Part shown: piece by piece, positions 17,165-25,413 of the stretch
Position numbering within the stretch: the stretch's first letter is position 1
Layout: each line of letters begins with the position of its first letter
Source of the DNA: Candidatus Kerfeldbacteria bacterium
Lineage (GTDB): Bacteria; Patescibacteriota; Patescibacteriia; JACPL01
Direction: 5' to 3'
DNA: 46,027 nt
NCBI GenBank assembly: GCA_016182525.1
Contig: JACPGL010000005.1
Coordinates: forward strand, 1-46,027
The notes under the pieces: model-generated
What the model was told of the DNA's origin: nothing
What the model saw: the letters and a program-made list of their open reading frames with translations, nothing else
Databases searched by the model: none
Translations under genes and position numbers: made by a program

Positions 17165-19216
17165 TTAGAATTCAATAGATCCATCAAAGGTCAAAATCTC
17201 TTCAAAGCCATCGTCATCCACGTCTTGAATGGCCACGCGCATGCCGCGGCGGGAGGATTTGTCATAGGCGAAAAATCCTGGATTTTCAAGTGTGCCAAAT
17301 CGGTTGAAGATGCGCACGTGCGGCCCGCCGCCCGGCCCCGCGCCAGTCACGATCTCGGCTTGCCCATCGTGATCAACGTCGCCAACGGCCATGTTCACGC
17401 CAATGCGGATGCGCGGGTCATAGGCAAAGAAGCCAAGCACCACGGGTTTGCCATTGCCGTCGAACACGCGAATGTGCGGCCCGCCGCCTTCACCCGGGCC
17501 GGTGACAATCTCGTCTTTGCCATCGCCGTTCACATCCCCAACCGCAATGCGCACGCCCGTGCGGATCTGTTTGGCGTAGGCAAAGAATCCGGCATTCTTG
17601 AGTGTTCCATCTGCGTTGAAGATGCGCACTTGGGTGCCGCCGCGCTGGCCGGTGCCGGTGACAATTTCTTGGTGGCCATCACCATCCAGATCACCTGCAT
17701 CGAAGAGCACGTTACCGGTGAACACATTTCCGTATGGATAAAACTCTTTGCGCAATGTTCCATTTTCATTTTTGATTTGGATGCGATTGCCGGCAGACAT
17801 CAAAATTTCGCGTGAGCTATTGCCTTCAAGATCCGTGATTTCGGTTAATCGGCCACCTTCGGCAAACGGCGTGTAGGCGTAAAACCCTTGACGGATTTCG
17901 CTGCCCCAGCGGTTCACGACGTTGGCAAATGTGCCGTTCACAAACGGCGTGTCATAGAGCACCGACAATCGGCGGAGCAGGATAATGCCGTCGTTGGCTG
18001 GGATGGTGACCGACGTTGTCAGTTCGCCGCTGTTCACTGATCGATCTTGCACGCCATTTACGCGTTCGAACCCACCCTCGAGCACCACTTTTTGCGAAGA
18101 CGAGGTAGAGTTCACGAACACCACACCCTTTTCAAAATCTCGGCGCCAGACTCCAGCCTGAACCGTGGCAGAATTCGTCAACACATTTCGCGCCGTGTTG
18201 ATGGGTTTGCCGAGTGCTGCGTCATATTCATCGTACCACCAGAATTGTGTGTGGTCTTCGGTGCCCCAATCGTAGCTAAAGAATCCATCATCTAACAGCG
18301 TTGAGGTGAGCGCGAATCGCATGTCTTGCCAGTCGGTGTAATCGCCGGTGTTGAGCGTGTCCCCGTTCACAATAATGAGCTGATGCTCTTGTGCGTTTTT
18401 CGAAAGATCAAAATAATTAGGCATAGATCCTTTCCATTCACCTTCCCAGATATTCGGGAAACTTTCAAACATCCGGCCGTTCAAATAGTCCATGTATCCG
18501 TTTCCGCCGTTCGAGATTAAAATCGCATCATCGCCTAATCGCTCTCGTGACTCGCGCAAGATGATCGTCATCCCTTCTTTCCACGCCCGATCAATCTCTG
18601 CCGCGTCGTCAATTTTGCCGTCGCGATCAAAATCGAAATTGCCGTCGTTCACCCAACTTGCCGTCTCCCAAATGTTGTCAAAGAAAATTCCATCCCAATA
18701 TCCGGTGGACATCACCTCTTCTTCAAGAAAGCGGGGGAGATACGTGTTCCATCGCTCTCCGTCAATTTTCGATGCATAGTTTGTTGGGTCGATCGTGTAC
18801 TGACCGGGCCAAAAGACAACATGATCGCCGTCGTCTTCCAGCGCCCACCACTCATCGCCCATGTGATCTTGAATCTGGTGCCACGGGCCATCTTCACTTT
18901 CAATGTATGGCAACCAAAACCACGGAAAGCTGTGGGTAATGACGTACGCAAGAATAATCACGTCAGGATTTTTTTCGCGGATGCGTGCGAACGCTTCGGG
19001 ATTGGTATCTTGCACGGACATTGCGAGCACAACTGTATCCCAGTCGGCCACACGATCAATTTCTTCGTCGGTGAGCGGAGACTTGAGGTAGAGATTGGCA
19101 AGACGCGGAAACCCGACGCTTGGAAAATCCAACGCGTCTACTGTAAACGGGTGCAAGAACGAGACGAAAAGAAGGAAGAGCGTGAACGGGGCGATGATTC
19201 TATGCATGCGCGACAT
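17165..19216 (-). CDS. Secreted putative glycoside hydrolase (TIM-barrel, GHL15-like) with FG-GAP repeats
   Basis: Signal peptide; WDGIFFDN, NGRMFESF, WWYDEYD, VWRRDFEKGVVFVN; GDLDGDG.QEIVTG.G..GG..VRIF repeats. Start 19216 or 19207. Confidence 0.75.
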   Translation of the reverse strand: MSRMHRIIAPFTLFLLFVSFLHPFTVDALDFPSVGFPRLANLYLKSPLTDEEIDRVADWDTVVLAMSVQDTNPEAFARIREKNPDVIILAYVITHSFPWFWLPYIESEDGPWHQIQDHMGDEWWALEDDGDHVVFWPGQYTIDPTNYASKIDGERWNTYLPRFLEEEVMSTGYWDGIFFDNIWETASWVNDGNFDFDRDGKIDDAAEIDRAWKEGMTIILRESRERLGDDAILISNGGNGYMDYLNGRMFESFPNIWEGEWKGSMPNYFDLSKNAQEHQLIIVNGDTLNTGDYTDWQDMRFALTSTLLDDGFFSYDWGTEDHTQFWWYDEYDAALGKPINTARNVLTNSATVQAGVWRRDFEKGVVFVNSTSSSQKVVLEGGFERVNGVQDRSVNSGELTTSVTIPANDGIILLRRLSVLYDTPFVNGTFANVVNRWGSEIRQGFYAYTPFAEGGRLTEITDLEGNSSREILMSAGNRIQIKNENGTLRKEFYPYGNVFTGNVLFDAGDLDGDGHQEIVTGTGQRGGTQVRIFNADGTLKNAGFFAYAKQIRTGVRIAVGDVNGDGKDEIVTGPGEGGGPHIRVFDGNGKPVVLGFFAYDPRIRIGVNMAVGDVDHDGQAEIVTGAGPGGGPHVRIFNRFGTLENPGFFAYDKSSRRGMRVAIQDVDDDGFEEILTFDGSIEF

Positions 19217-20414
19217 CGGCGTAGAGGTGAAGAATAGAGTCAACATGGCGGGCGAACGTGAATCCCTCACTGTGTATCCTAGCAGATTCTCCGAATTTCG
19301 CGAAAGAGGCAGGGTGATCAAGCGCCCACTGCATTTTTGCGGCAAGATCCGCGGGGTTTTTGGGTTCAAAGAGAAGTCCAGTTACATGATCCTGGACAAT
19401 TTCTGGCAGGGCGCCAATCCGTGAAGCAATCACCGGTGTACCACAGGCCGCGGCTTCCAGTGCGGACAACCCGAACGGTTCCACGAATCGCGACGGGACA
19501 ATCACGCCCCGCGCTCGAGACATGTGTTCAAAAATGTGCTCGTGAGGAACATGCCTCAGAAACTGAACATTCGTCAGTCCGTGTGTTTGCGCAAATGCTT
19601 TGAGTTGGTCTTCGTCTGGCCCTGTTCCAATAATGCGAATGCGCGCTTGTGGGACACGCCGCGCCGCTTCGAGGAGCACGTCACACCCCTTTTCCCACTT
19701 CAGTCGCCCCACAAAGAGCACATGATCTTTTCGTTCCACGCCTTCAACTCGGGGTGATGCGATGCCATGCGAAATCATTCGGATGCGATCAACGGGGTAC
19801 CCAGCACGGAGCAGAAGATCGCGCATACAGATGCTTGGGGCGACGATTGTCGTGACGTGACGATAGAGTTTGAGAACACGATGCAATGCCGTTTCTAGCA
19901 CCACAATCACTGACGCCGTGAGTGACGCGCGGAATCGTCGGTGGAGGAGAATATCCCAGGCCTGTTTCCATGGTCGCCCGACAAGAGCAGTATCTCGCTC
20001 CTCCAGTGTATAGAGTGGTGACACGAGTTTGTGATCATGCGCGGTTAGAACAATCGGGATGTGATGTTTGGCAAGAGTTGTAAGGAGAGAAGGCGAGAGT
20101 TGATGGTAGATGTTGTGTACGTGCGCCACATCCGGTGTGAATTCTGCAAGAAGCGCTTCCAGTTTCTGTTGCGCTTCACGAGAATAGAACAGCCGACCGA
20201 GCGTTTTGAATCCGCTTTTTATCCCGCTCATGTTTTCTGTTTCGACAAACGACGGGAAAAATTGCGACCATGACGTAGGCAGATTTTCCGGGTGAGCCAT
20301 GGCAAATGGCACCACGGTATGGCCGCGTTCTTTAAGCGCCTGCGAAAGTTCGAGCATATACTGATCTGCTCCACCGGCTGGGGAATAGAATTTGTTGATC
20401 TGGAGAATGTTCAT
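19200..20414 (-). CDS. Glycosyltransferase family 4
   Basis: MNILQINKF...GGA, FVGRLKWEKG, EPFGLSALEA. Confidence 0.92.
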   Translation of the reverse strand: MNILQINKFYSPAGGADQYMLELSQALKERGHTVVPFAMAHPENLPTSWSQFFPSFVETENMSGIKSGFKTLGRLFYSREAQQKLEALLAEFTPDVAHVHNIYHQLSPSLLTTLAKHHIPIVLTAHDHKLVSPLYTLEERDTALVGRPWKQAWDILLHRRFRASLTASVIVVLETALHRVLKLYRHVTTIVAPSICMRDLLLRAGYPVDRIRMISHGIASPRVEGVERKDHVLFVGRLKWEKGCDVLLEAARRVPQARIRIIGTGPDEDQLKAFAQTHGLTNVQFLRHVPHEHIFEHMSRARGVIVPSRFVEPFGLSALEAAACGTPVIASRIGALPEIVQDHVTGLLFEPKNPADLAAKMQWALDHPASFAKFGESARIHSEGFTFARHVDSILHLYADVAHA

Positions 20415-21328
20415 GATTTTCGTGCATGAAGAATCCATCCTGATGCGAAGTGGGCGGGCACATGATCGGTGAGTTTTCCATCAAGAGTATCAAGTCGGCG
20501 AAAGAGTGAGAAGTCGCGGCGGATGAAAAACCGTCCCAGGATATAATACAGTTCACGGATAAGAGAAGAGGAACCGCACGCCTGTTCGATCGTGAATCCC
20601 GCCTCTTGAATACGTGAACGAATGGCGCGGAGCGTAAAGAATTGCACGTGTGGGCTGTCGCTCGGGCTTTGCACATCGCGTGATTGCATCATCTGTTTCA
20701 ACCGGCGCTTTGCGTGCTTCGTGACAAGATTGGCATTGGCGATGCGACGCAGGATCTCCTCCACGCACCATCCGTTTGGAACCGTAACGAGCAGCAATCC
20801 GTTTGGCGCTAAGATTTCGCGAGCATGTCTCAGGGCAGAAGCAGGATCCTGCATGTGTTCGAGCACTTCGGACATGATGATCACATCGAAGCTGCCGGCA
20901 GATCCGTTCTTGTCTAATGACGAGAACGGATCTCGTCCGGCGAGGTCACTCGCGAGGAGGTCGCCTGTGGCGACCGACGAAGCAATCCGACCCGAAGGGT
21001 CATCCTGAGCAAAGCGAAGGATCTCTAGAGATCCTTCGGCCTTCGGCTTCAGGATGACAATAGTACCAGTAAGGATATTCATCATCGCTGCCTCTGGAGT
21101 TTTGCGAAGCTCGTCTGTGGCTCGTGCATCCGCGTCAAGAGCGGTCACATCATATCCAAGAGCGGCGAGCGGCCGCGAGATATTGCCCGAACCGCATCCA
21201 ACATCAAGAATCCGGACGGTTTTCGGATCTTGCGGAAATGCGCGGCGAATTGCCGCAACAAAATCCTCCAGCTTGCGCAATCCGCCGGGTTCTCTATCAA
21301 AGTTTGTATGGAGACTCGTATTGACCAT
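20411..21328 (-). CDS. Class I SAM-dependent methyltransferase with in-frame palindromic insertion
   Basis: ILDVGCGSG, FDVIIMSEVLEH, L.PNGLLLVTVPN; ~55 codons of repeat DNA at 20894-21059. Confidence 0.85.
   Translation of the reverse strand: MVNTSLHTNFDREPGGLRKLEDFVAAIRRAFPQDPKTVRILDVGCGSGNISRPLAALGYDVTALDADARATDELRKTPEAAMMNILTGTIVILKPKAEGSLEILRFAQDDPSGRIASSVATGDLLASDLAGRDPFSSLDKNGSAGSFDVIIMSEVLEHMQDPASALRHAREILAPNGLLLVTVPNGWCVEEILRRIANANLVTKHAKRRLKQMMQSRDVQSPSDSPHVQFFTLRAIRSRIQEAGFTIEQACGSSSLIRELYYILGRFFIRRDFSLFRRLDTLDGKLTDHVPAHFASGWILHARKS
20894..21059. repeat. Composite of three palindromic repeats inside the CDS
   Basis: GATCCGTTCT..AGAACGGATC (20894-20941), GTCACTCGCGAG..AGCAATC (20945-20987), GTCATCCTGAG..TCAGGATGAC (20999-21058). 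Confidence 0.85.
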
Positions 21329-21344
21329 TGGAGTAGGAGTAGAT

Positions 21345-21504
21345 GGAAAAGAGAAATACTCCTTTCACGCGGCACCAGAATCGCTCGCCTCCTGCGGGCG
21401 AGCGTTCTTTTCCCTCGGCAATTTCGCCTCAGCTCTTCGAGCTTCGGACCAAGCCGAAATTGCCTGCGGGACATGCCGCTTAGAAAGGAGTATTTCTCTT
21501 TTCC
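21345..21504. repeat. IR-bounded scaffold element
   Basis: 22-bp perfect IR GGAAAAGAGAAATACTCCTTTC (21345-21366 / 21483-21504). Confidence 0.8.
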
Positions 21505-22904
21505 TGTCCTGATAGGATCCGATTCTATCCTTTTGTTTTTCAAAGAATAGTGGTGCCACGAGTAATGCCGCGAATGTCCAGAAAAACAGCAAGTACATGT
21601 TTGTTTGAAAGTATGTGCCGAACGCCGTGATCGTGAGCATCGTGATTAAGAATGCCACCACGCCGATCATGGCAGGTTTCATGTCTTGCGGAATGACGGC
21701 ATAGGCGTGTCGTCCTTCTCGAGCAAGGCTTACAAGCATCATCCCGAACGCGAGCAATCCTACCACACCCATCTGCACCGCAAGTTCAGCATAGGTATTA
21801 TGAAGCTCTCGAATTTTTTGTTCGCCAGTCCAGTCTGACACGTCCACATCGATCGATCGGCCAAATCCCACACCGGCGATCGGATTTTGCACGAAGGCAC
21901 GCATGCCCTCTTTGAAAATAACCGCGCGAAATTCCGTGCTTGAATCTTCAATGCGCGTGGGGTTCAGAATCGCAATGCGTTCAAGAAGAGGGCGACTCGC
22001 AGCTTCGATCTTGGAAAAATTGTTGAGAAAGAGAATCGATCCCGCAATGGCGAGCATCACAACACTGCTCGCGAGTACTCCCGTTTTGAGGAAGAGTCCA
22101 AGGAGTCGTACACGCTGCTCTCGTGCCACCACACCAAAGGTCAGAATTGTTGCAATGGCAAATCCGAGCCAGAGATTTCGGAACAGCCCAACGAGAATAC
22201 CGAGCGACCCGATCGTAAAGAGCGGAACAGCCCATTGGCCAAGGGCGGCGATTCGTCGATCTCGGTGTGCGTACAGATTCATGAACAGGATCAGACCGGT
22301 GAGAACGAAAAAGCTGTGCGGCGCGCTAAGCATGCGCGTGCCTTCGGTTGAAAGCGGTGTCATATCCACCCACACACCTTTGCCAGTCGCGACTCCATAG
22401 GCGATGAAGGGGATGAGCGTGATGCCACCAAGAAGAAAAGTGGTGATCACGCGCTTCCATGCTTCACGTGTTCGGACAAGTGTCAACACAATGAAAAAGA
22501 TCACTGGATAAAACGCTGCGTTTTTGAATGGTGATGGAAATAGATACAGGGAACTGCAACGAGCGGATGCGCGCATGGGCAAGTGCGCTTGCTCCGGTGA
22601 GCGCGAGCGTGATGTCGAAGAGAAAGAGTTTGACTTGATGATCGCCGAACATGATTGGCTGAAGCGCAAAGAGGTGTTCGAACGTCATCGTTGCAAGGAT
22701 GAGGATGTGTAGGCCGGATTCCGGAGTTCGAATGATCGGGATGGCAAGGAGGAGTGTGGCAACAAGGAAGAGTGGAGGCGTAAGGCCGGTGACCAGCGAG
22801 AGGCCGAGGATGAGCGCAATTCCAAAATACCCGAGAAGCGTGCTTTCAAAAATGTCTCGTGCAGGCGTGGGTTGTATTTGGACTTGAGAATATGTTGACT
22901 TCAT
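21365..22904 (-). pseudogene. O-antigen ligase/polymerase (Wzy_C) family membrane protein, frameshifted
   Basis: N-part in ORF 22464-22904, C-part in ORF 21365-22669 (R..W, NPIAGVGFG, LHNTYAELAVQMGVVGL); frame switch near 22525-22550. Confidence 0.75.
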
Positions 22905-22910
22905 ACATAG

Positions 22911-23011
22911 GTCATTGCGAGGTCGCGCTTTCGCGACCGAAGCAATCTAGCTAAGGGATTTTTGTCGGCAGATCCGTTCTCGTCTACTGACGAGAACGGA
23001 TCTCGTCCGAC
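22911..23011. repeat. GTCATTGCGAG half-element plus GATCCGTTCTCGTC palindrome at the island edge
   Basis: 22911-22948 and 22964-23011 match families seen at 20894, 25209 and 29558. Confidence 0.8.
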
Positions 23012-23018
23012 GGGGTGA

Positions 23019-23098
23019 GCACTCCAGAATGCGTGAAACGTTCACGCGCTCTGGGGTATGCCGGTACGTATGTATCGCTCATTGTCGTACCGGCCCCC
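23019..23098 (-). terminator. Conserved double-hairpin 3' module
   Basis: GCCGGTACG..CGTACCGGC-ATA-CCCCAGAG..TTCTGGAG; 17 bp identical to 25331-25347. Confidence 0.55.
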
Positions 23099-23116
23099 TA
23101 TCCATCCATCTCTGTT

Positions 23117-24151
23117 TCAGAACGGCCATCCGGCGTATGAGACGCCGGCCCAGCCCGTGAGCGGGCTGTAATCCGCGACACCGGTCGGCGTCGCGGATTC
23201 CCAGGGGCCGAGTGCGCCCCCGATCGTCATGCGCAGGCCGCCGACCAGGCGCACTTGCGCTTCGGCGAGTCCGTAGACACCGGGCGCTTGCGCCCGGTTC
23301 GGGTGGTCGACGCTTCCGCCGACCTCGCGCTGCCAGCGGCCCCACTTCCACGTGCCGACCCCGACGCCGACTGAGACGCGGCCAGCAAAGACGCGGCCAG
23401 CAAGCCCGTCGACTGCCCAAGACGTGAAGTCCCGAGAGCCGACGCTGATGCGTGGCGCTTCAACGAACCACGAGTCAGCCTGCCACCGAAGGCCAGCGAG
23501 GCCCTCCGGAATGGCGACTGATCCGCTTGGCCGCGTCAGCTCTCCGAAGCGGGCTTGGCCTCCGATGATGAGAGAGATGGGCGCCTGGCCCGGGTCTCCC
23601 TTTTCACCGCGAGCACCGCGCTCGCCACGCTCGCCCTTGTCCCCACGGTCGCCTTTGGAGCCGCGCTCGGGGGTCGGGCGGGTGCGGCGGAGGTAGGGCT
23701 CGAACTCGATCCCGCGTCCCTCCGGGCCGGCTGGCCCGTACATTTCGCCGCCGATGCGCGCGTCGTAGCCAAAATCAAGCAGGGCGTCGCGGCCGGCCTT
23801 GGCACGCTCGGTCGTGAGGTTCGGATCCCTCACATCCGAGCGCTCGACGCCCCGGCTTGCCCAGCCGTGCACCGTCCAGTACGCGACGGTGTCGAGTTTG
23901 ACCTCGGCTGTCGCCTCCCGGAAAGCGTCCTGAATCTCGCCGATGCTCGGCACCTTGTTGAGCCGAGCCGAGATCCAGACCTTGCCGGGCAGGTCGGGTG
24001 TGGTCACGAGCGCCGCGGGAGTGGTTGCAGATGGCTCGTCGCCGAGCCGCGCCTGCAGCCGGTCGAACGCATCGCTCTGCGCCGCGGCAGGTGCCGCGAG
24101 CGCAAGGAGAGACATGACGGTCGCAATGACCGTCGTGAGCAGGTGACGCAT
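23117..24151 (-). CDS. GC-rich secreted protein: OmpA-like segment, collagen-like GXY repeat, barrel-like C-terminus
   Basis: Signal peptide ending APAAAQ; VHGWASRG..NLTTERAKAGRDAL..FG; GSKGDRGDKGERGERGARGEKGDPG; ends GVSYAGWPF; SD GAAAGG. Confidence 0.7.
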   Translation of the reverse strand: MRHLLTTVIATVMSLLALAAPAAAQSDAFDRLQARLGDEPSATTPAALVTTPDLPGKVWISARLNKVPSIGEIQDAFREATAEVKLDTVAYWTVHGWASRGVERSDVRDPNLTTERAKAGRDALLDFGYDARIGGEMYGPAGPEGRGIEFEPYLRRTRPTPERGSKGDRGDKGERGERGARGEKGDPGQAPISLIIGGQARFGELTRPSGSVAIPEGLAGLRWQADSWFVEAPRISVGSRDFTSWAVDGLAGRVFAGRVSVGVGVGTWKWGRWQREVGGSVDHPNRAQAPGVYGLAEAQVRLVGGLRMTIGGALGPWESATPTGVADYSPLTGWAGVSYAGWPF

Positions 24152-24262
24152 GGGATGCGCCCTTTCTGCCGCCCCCGAAAGGGCGACGGTTCGAGTCTGA
24201 ATTCTGTTCTGAATGAGCGTCCACACCACAGGGGAGTGATGTGGATTCCGAGAGGCGTGAGT

Positions 24263-24335
24263 TGTCATCCTGAACCAAGCGAAGCGAGGTGAAGGATCTC
24301 CTCAAGAGATCCTTCGGCTCCGCCTCAGGATGACA
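24263..24335. repeat. GTCATCCTGA...TCAGGATGAC palindrome
   Basis: Same family as 17015-17098 and 20999-21058. Confidence 0.85.
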
Positions 24336-24469
24336 GAATCTCATACTCCTTGGAATCCCCCCAACCCCCACGAGCGCGTCACCGAAGTGACTGCGCCCGC
24401 GAGGATTAGGGTTGCCGCGCTTCTCGTGTGCCCAAGAAGGGCACGACACACGTGGCGACGGATTATCCG

Positions 24470-25078
24470 TCAGTTGTTGCAGGCGAACGGGCTGGCGCCC
24501 GCGCCTTCGTCGCAGATCTGGTAGTCCCATCCTCCGACGCCGTTCGGCGCCGTCTCAACGTACGGGTACCACTTGGCGCTGTGCTCCTGAATCAGCGACC
24601 AGACGATCCCGAACGCGTCCTCGGCGTGCGGATTCAGCCGCACGAACGGCTTGGAGGTGGGCGGGTAGGGGACGAGCACGCCACCGGGGGTCTTGGCCCC
24701 GTAGTACCCGACCCCGTCGGTCTTGGACGGGTTCGTCCAGTTGCCCCGATCGTACGTCCCGCCGCCGTCGAAGGAGCCGATGTCCATGAACCAGGCCCCG
24801 CGGGAGGTCATCACGAGGCCATCGTACCAGTCGAGCATGGGCCCAACGTCCCCCCACTTCCGCTCCGGAGGGTCGATGATGGTACGCGGGAGGAGCAGGC
24901 TGGGACCATCGGGATCTCCCAGGAACGGGAAGGCCTGCTCTGCCCAGTCCGGCGGGTTCTTCCAGAAGTCGACCCACTCCTGACTTCCGGGGTCGCCAGG
25001 GATCGTGTACTGTGCCGCGGCAGGTGCCGCGAGCGCGAGAGACATGGCCGCGAGCGCGGCGCGGGCGAACGTGCGCAT
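24470..25078 (-). CDS. GC-rich secreted hypothetical protein (Trp/Pro/Gly-rich)
   Basis: SD GGAGG; signal peptide MRTFARAALAAMSLALAAPAAAQ; GC3-biased codons. Confidence 0.75.
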   Translation of the reverse strand: MRTFARAALAAMSLALAAPAAAQYTIPGDPGSQEWVDFWKNPPDWAEQAFPFLGDPDGPSLLLPRTIIDPPERKWGDVGPMLDWYDGLVMTSRGAWFMDIGSFDGGGTYDRGNWTNPSKTDGVGYYGAKTPGGVLVPYPPTSKPFVRLNPHAEDAFGIVWSLIQEHSAKWYPYVETAPNGVGGWDYQICDEGAGASPFACNN

Positions 25079-25092
25079 GGGGTCCTCCAACC

Positions 25093-25117
25093 TGTCCAAA
25101 GCTTGAGCCTTTGGACA
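25093..25117. repeat. TGTCCAAAG..CTTTGGACA palindrome variant adjacent to the RBS
   Basis: TGTCCAAAGCTTGAGCCTTTGGACA. Confidence 0.75.
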
Positions 25118-25208
25118 TTTTGCGCGGTTGTTTTCGATGAGAAGGATTCCCATCCCAGACAAGACGAGCCGCTCATCTTTTCTGGGACGGGGGTCGCGGG
25201 TGACGGGA

Positions 25209-25276
25209 GTCATTGCGAGCGAAGCGAAGCAATCTCATAAGATCGTCACGTCGGCCTTCGGCCTCCTCGCAATGAC
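25209..25276. repeat. GTCATTGCGAG...CTCGCAATGAC palindrome
   Basis: 11-bp terminal arms with an inner GCGAAGCGAAGCAATC motif. Confidence 0.85.
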
Positions 25277-25298
25277 ACAACGCCACTACTGCTTCTCT

Positions 25299-25367
25299 CA
25301 CCCCACAGAACACGAGAGATTCATGTGCTGTGGGGTATGCCGGTACGAATTCGCGCACCGGCTCCCC
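25299..25367 (-). terminator. Conserved double-hairpin 3' module
   Basis: GCCGGTGCG..CGTACCGGC-ATA-CCCCACAG..CTGTGGGG. Confidence 0.55.
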
Positions 25368-25413
25368 TCCTACCCTCCTTTCCTTGAATGCCCCCCCTCT
25401 CTCGCGGTGTGCC

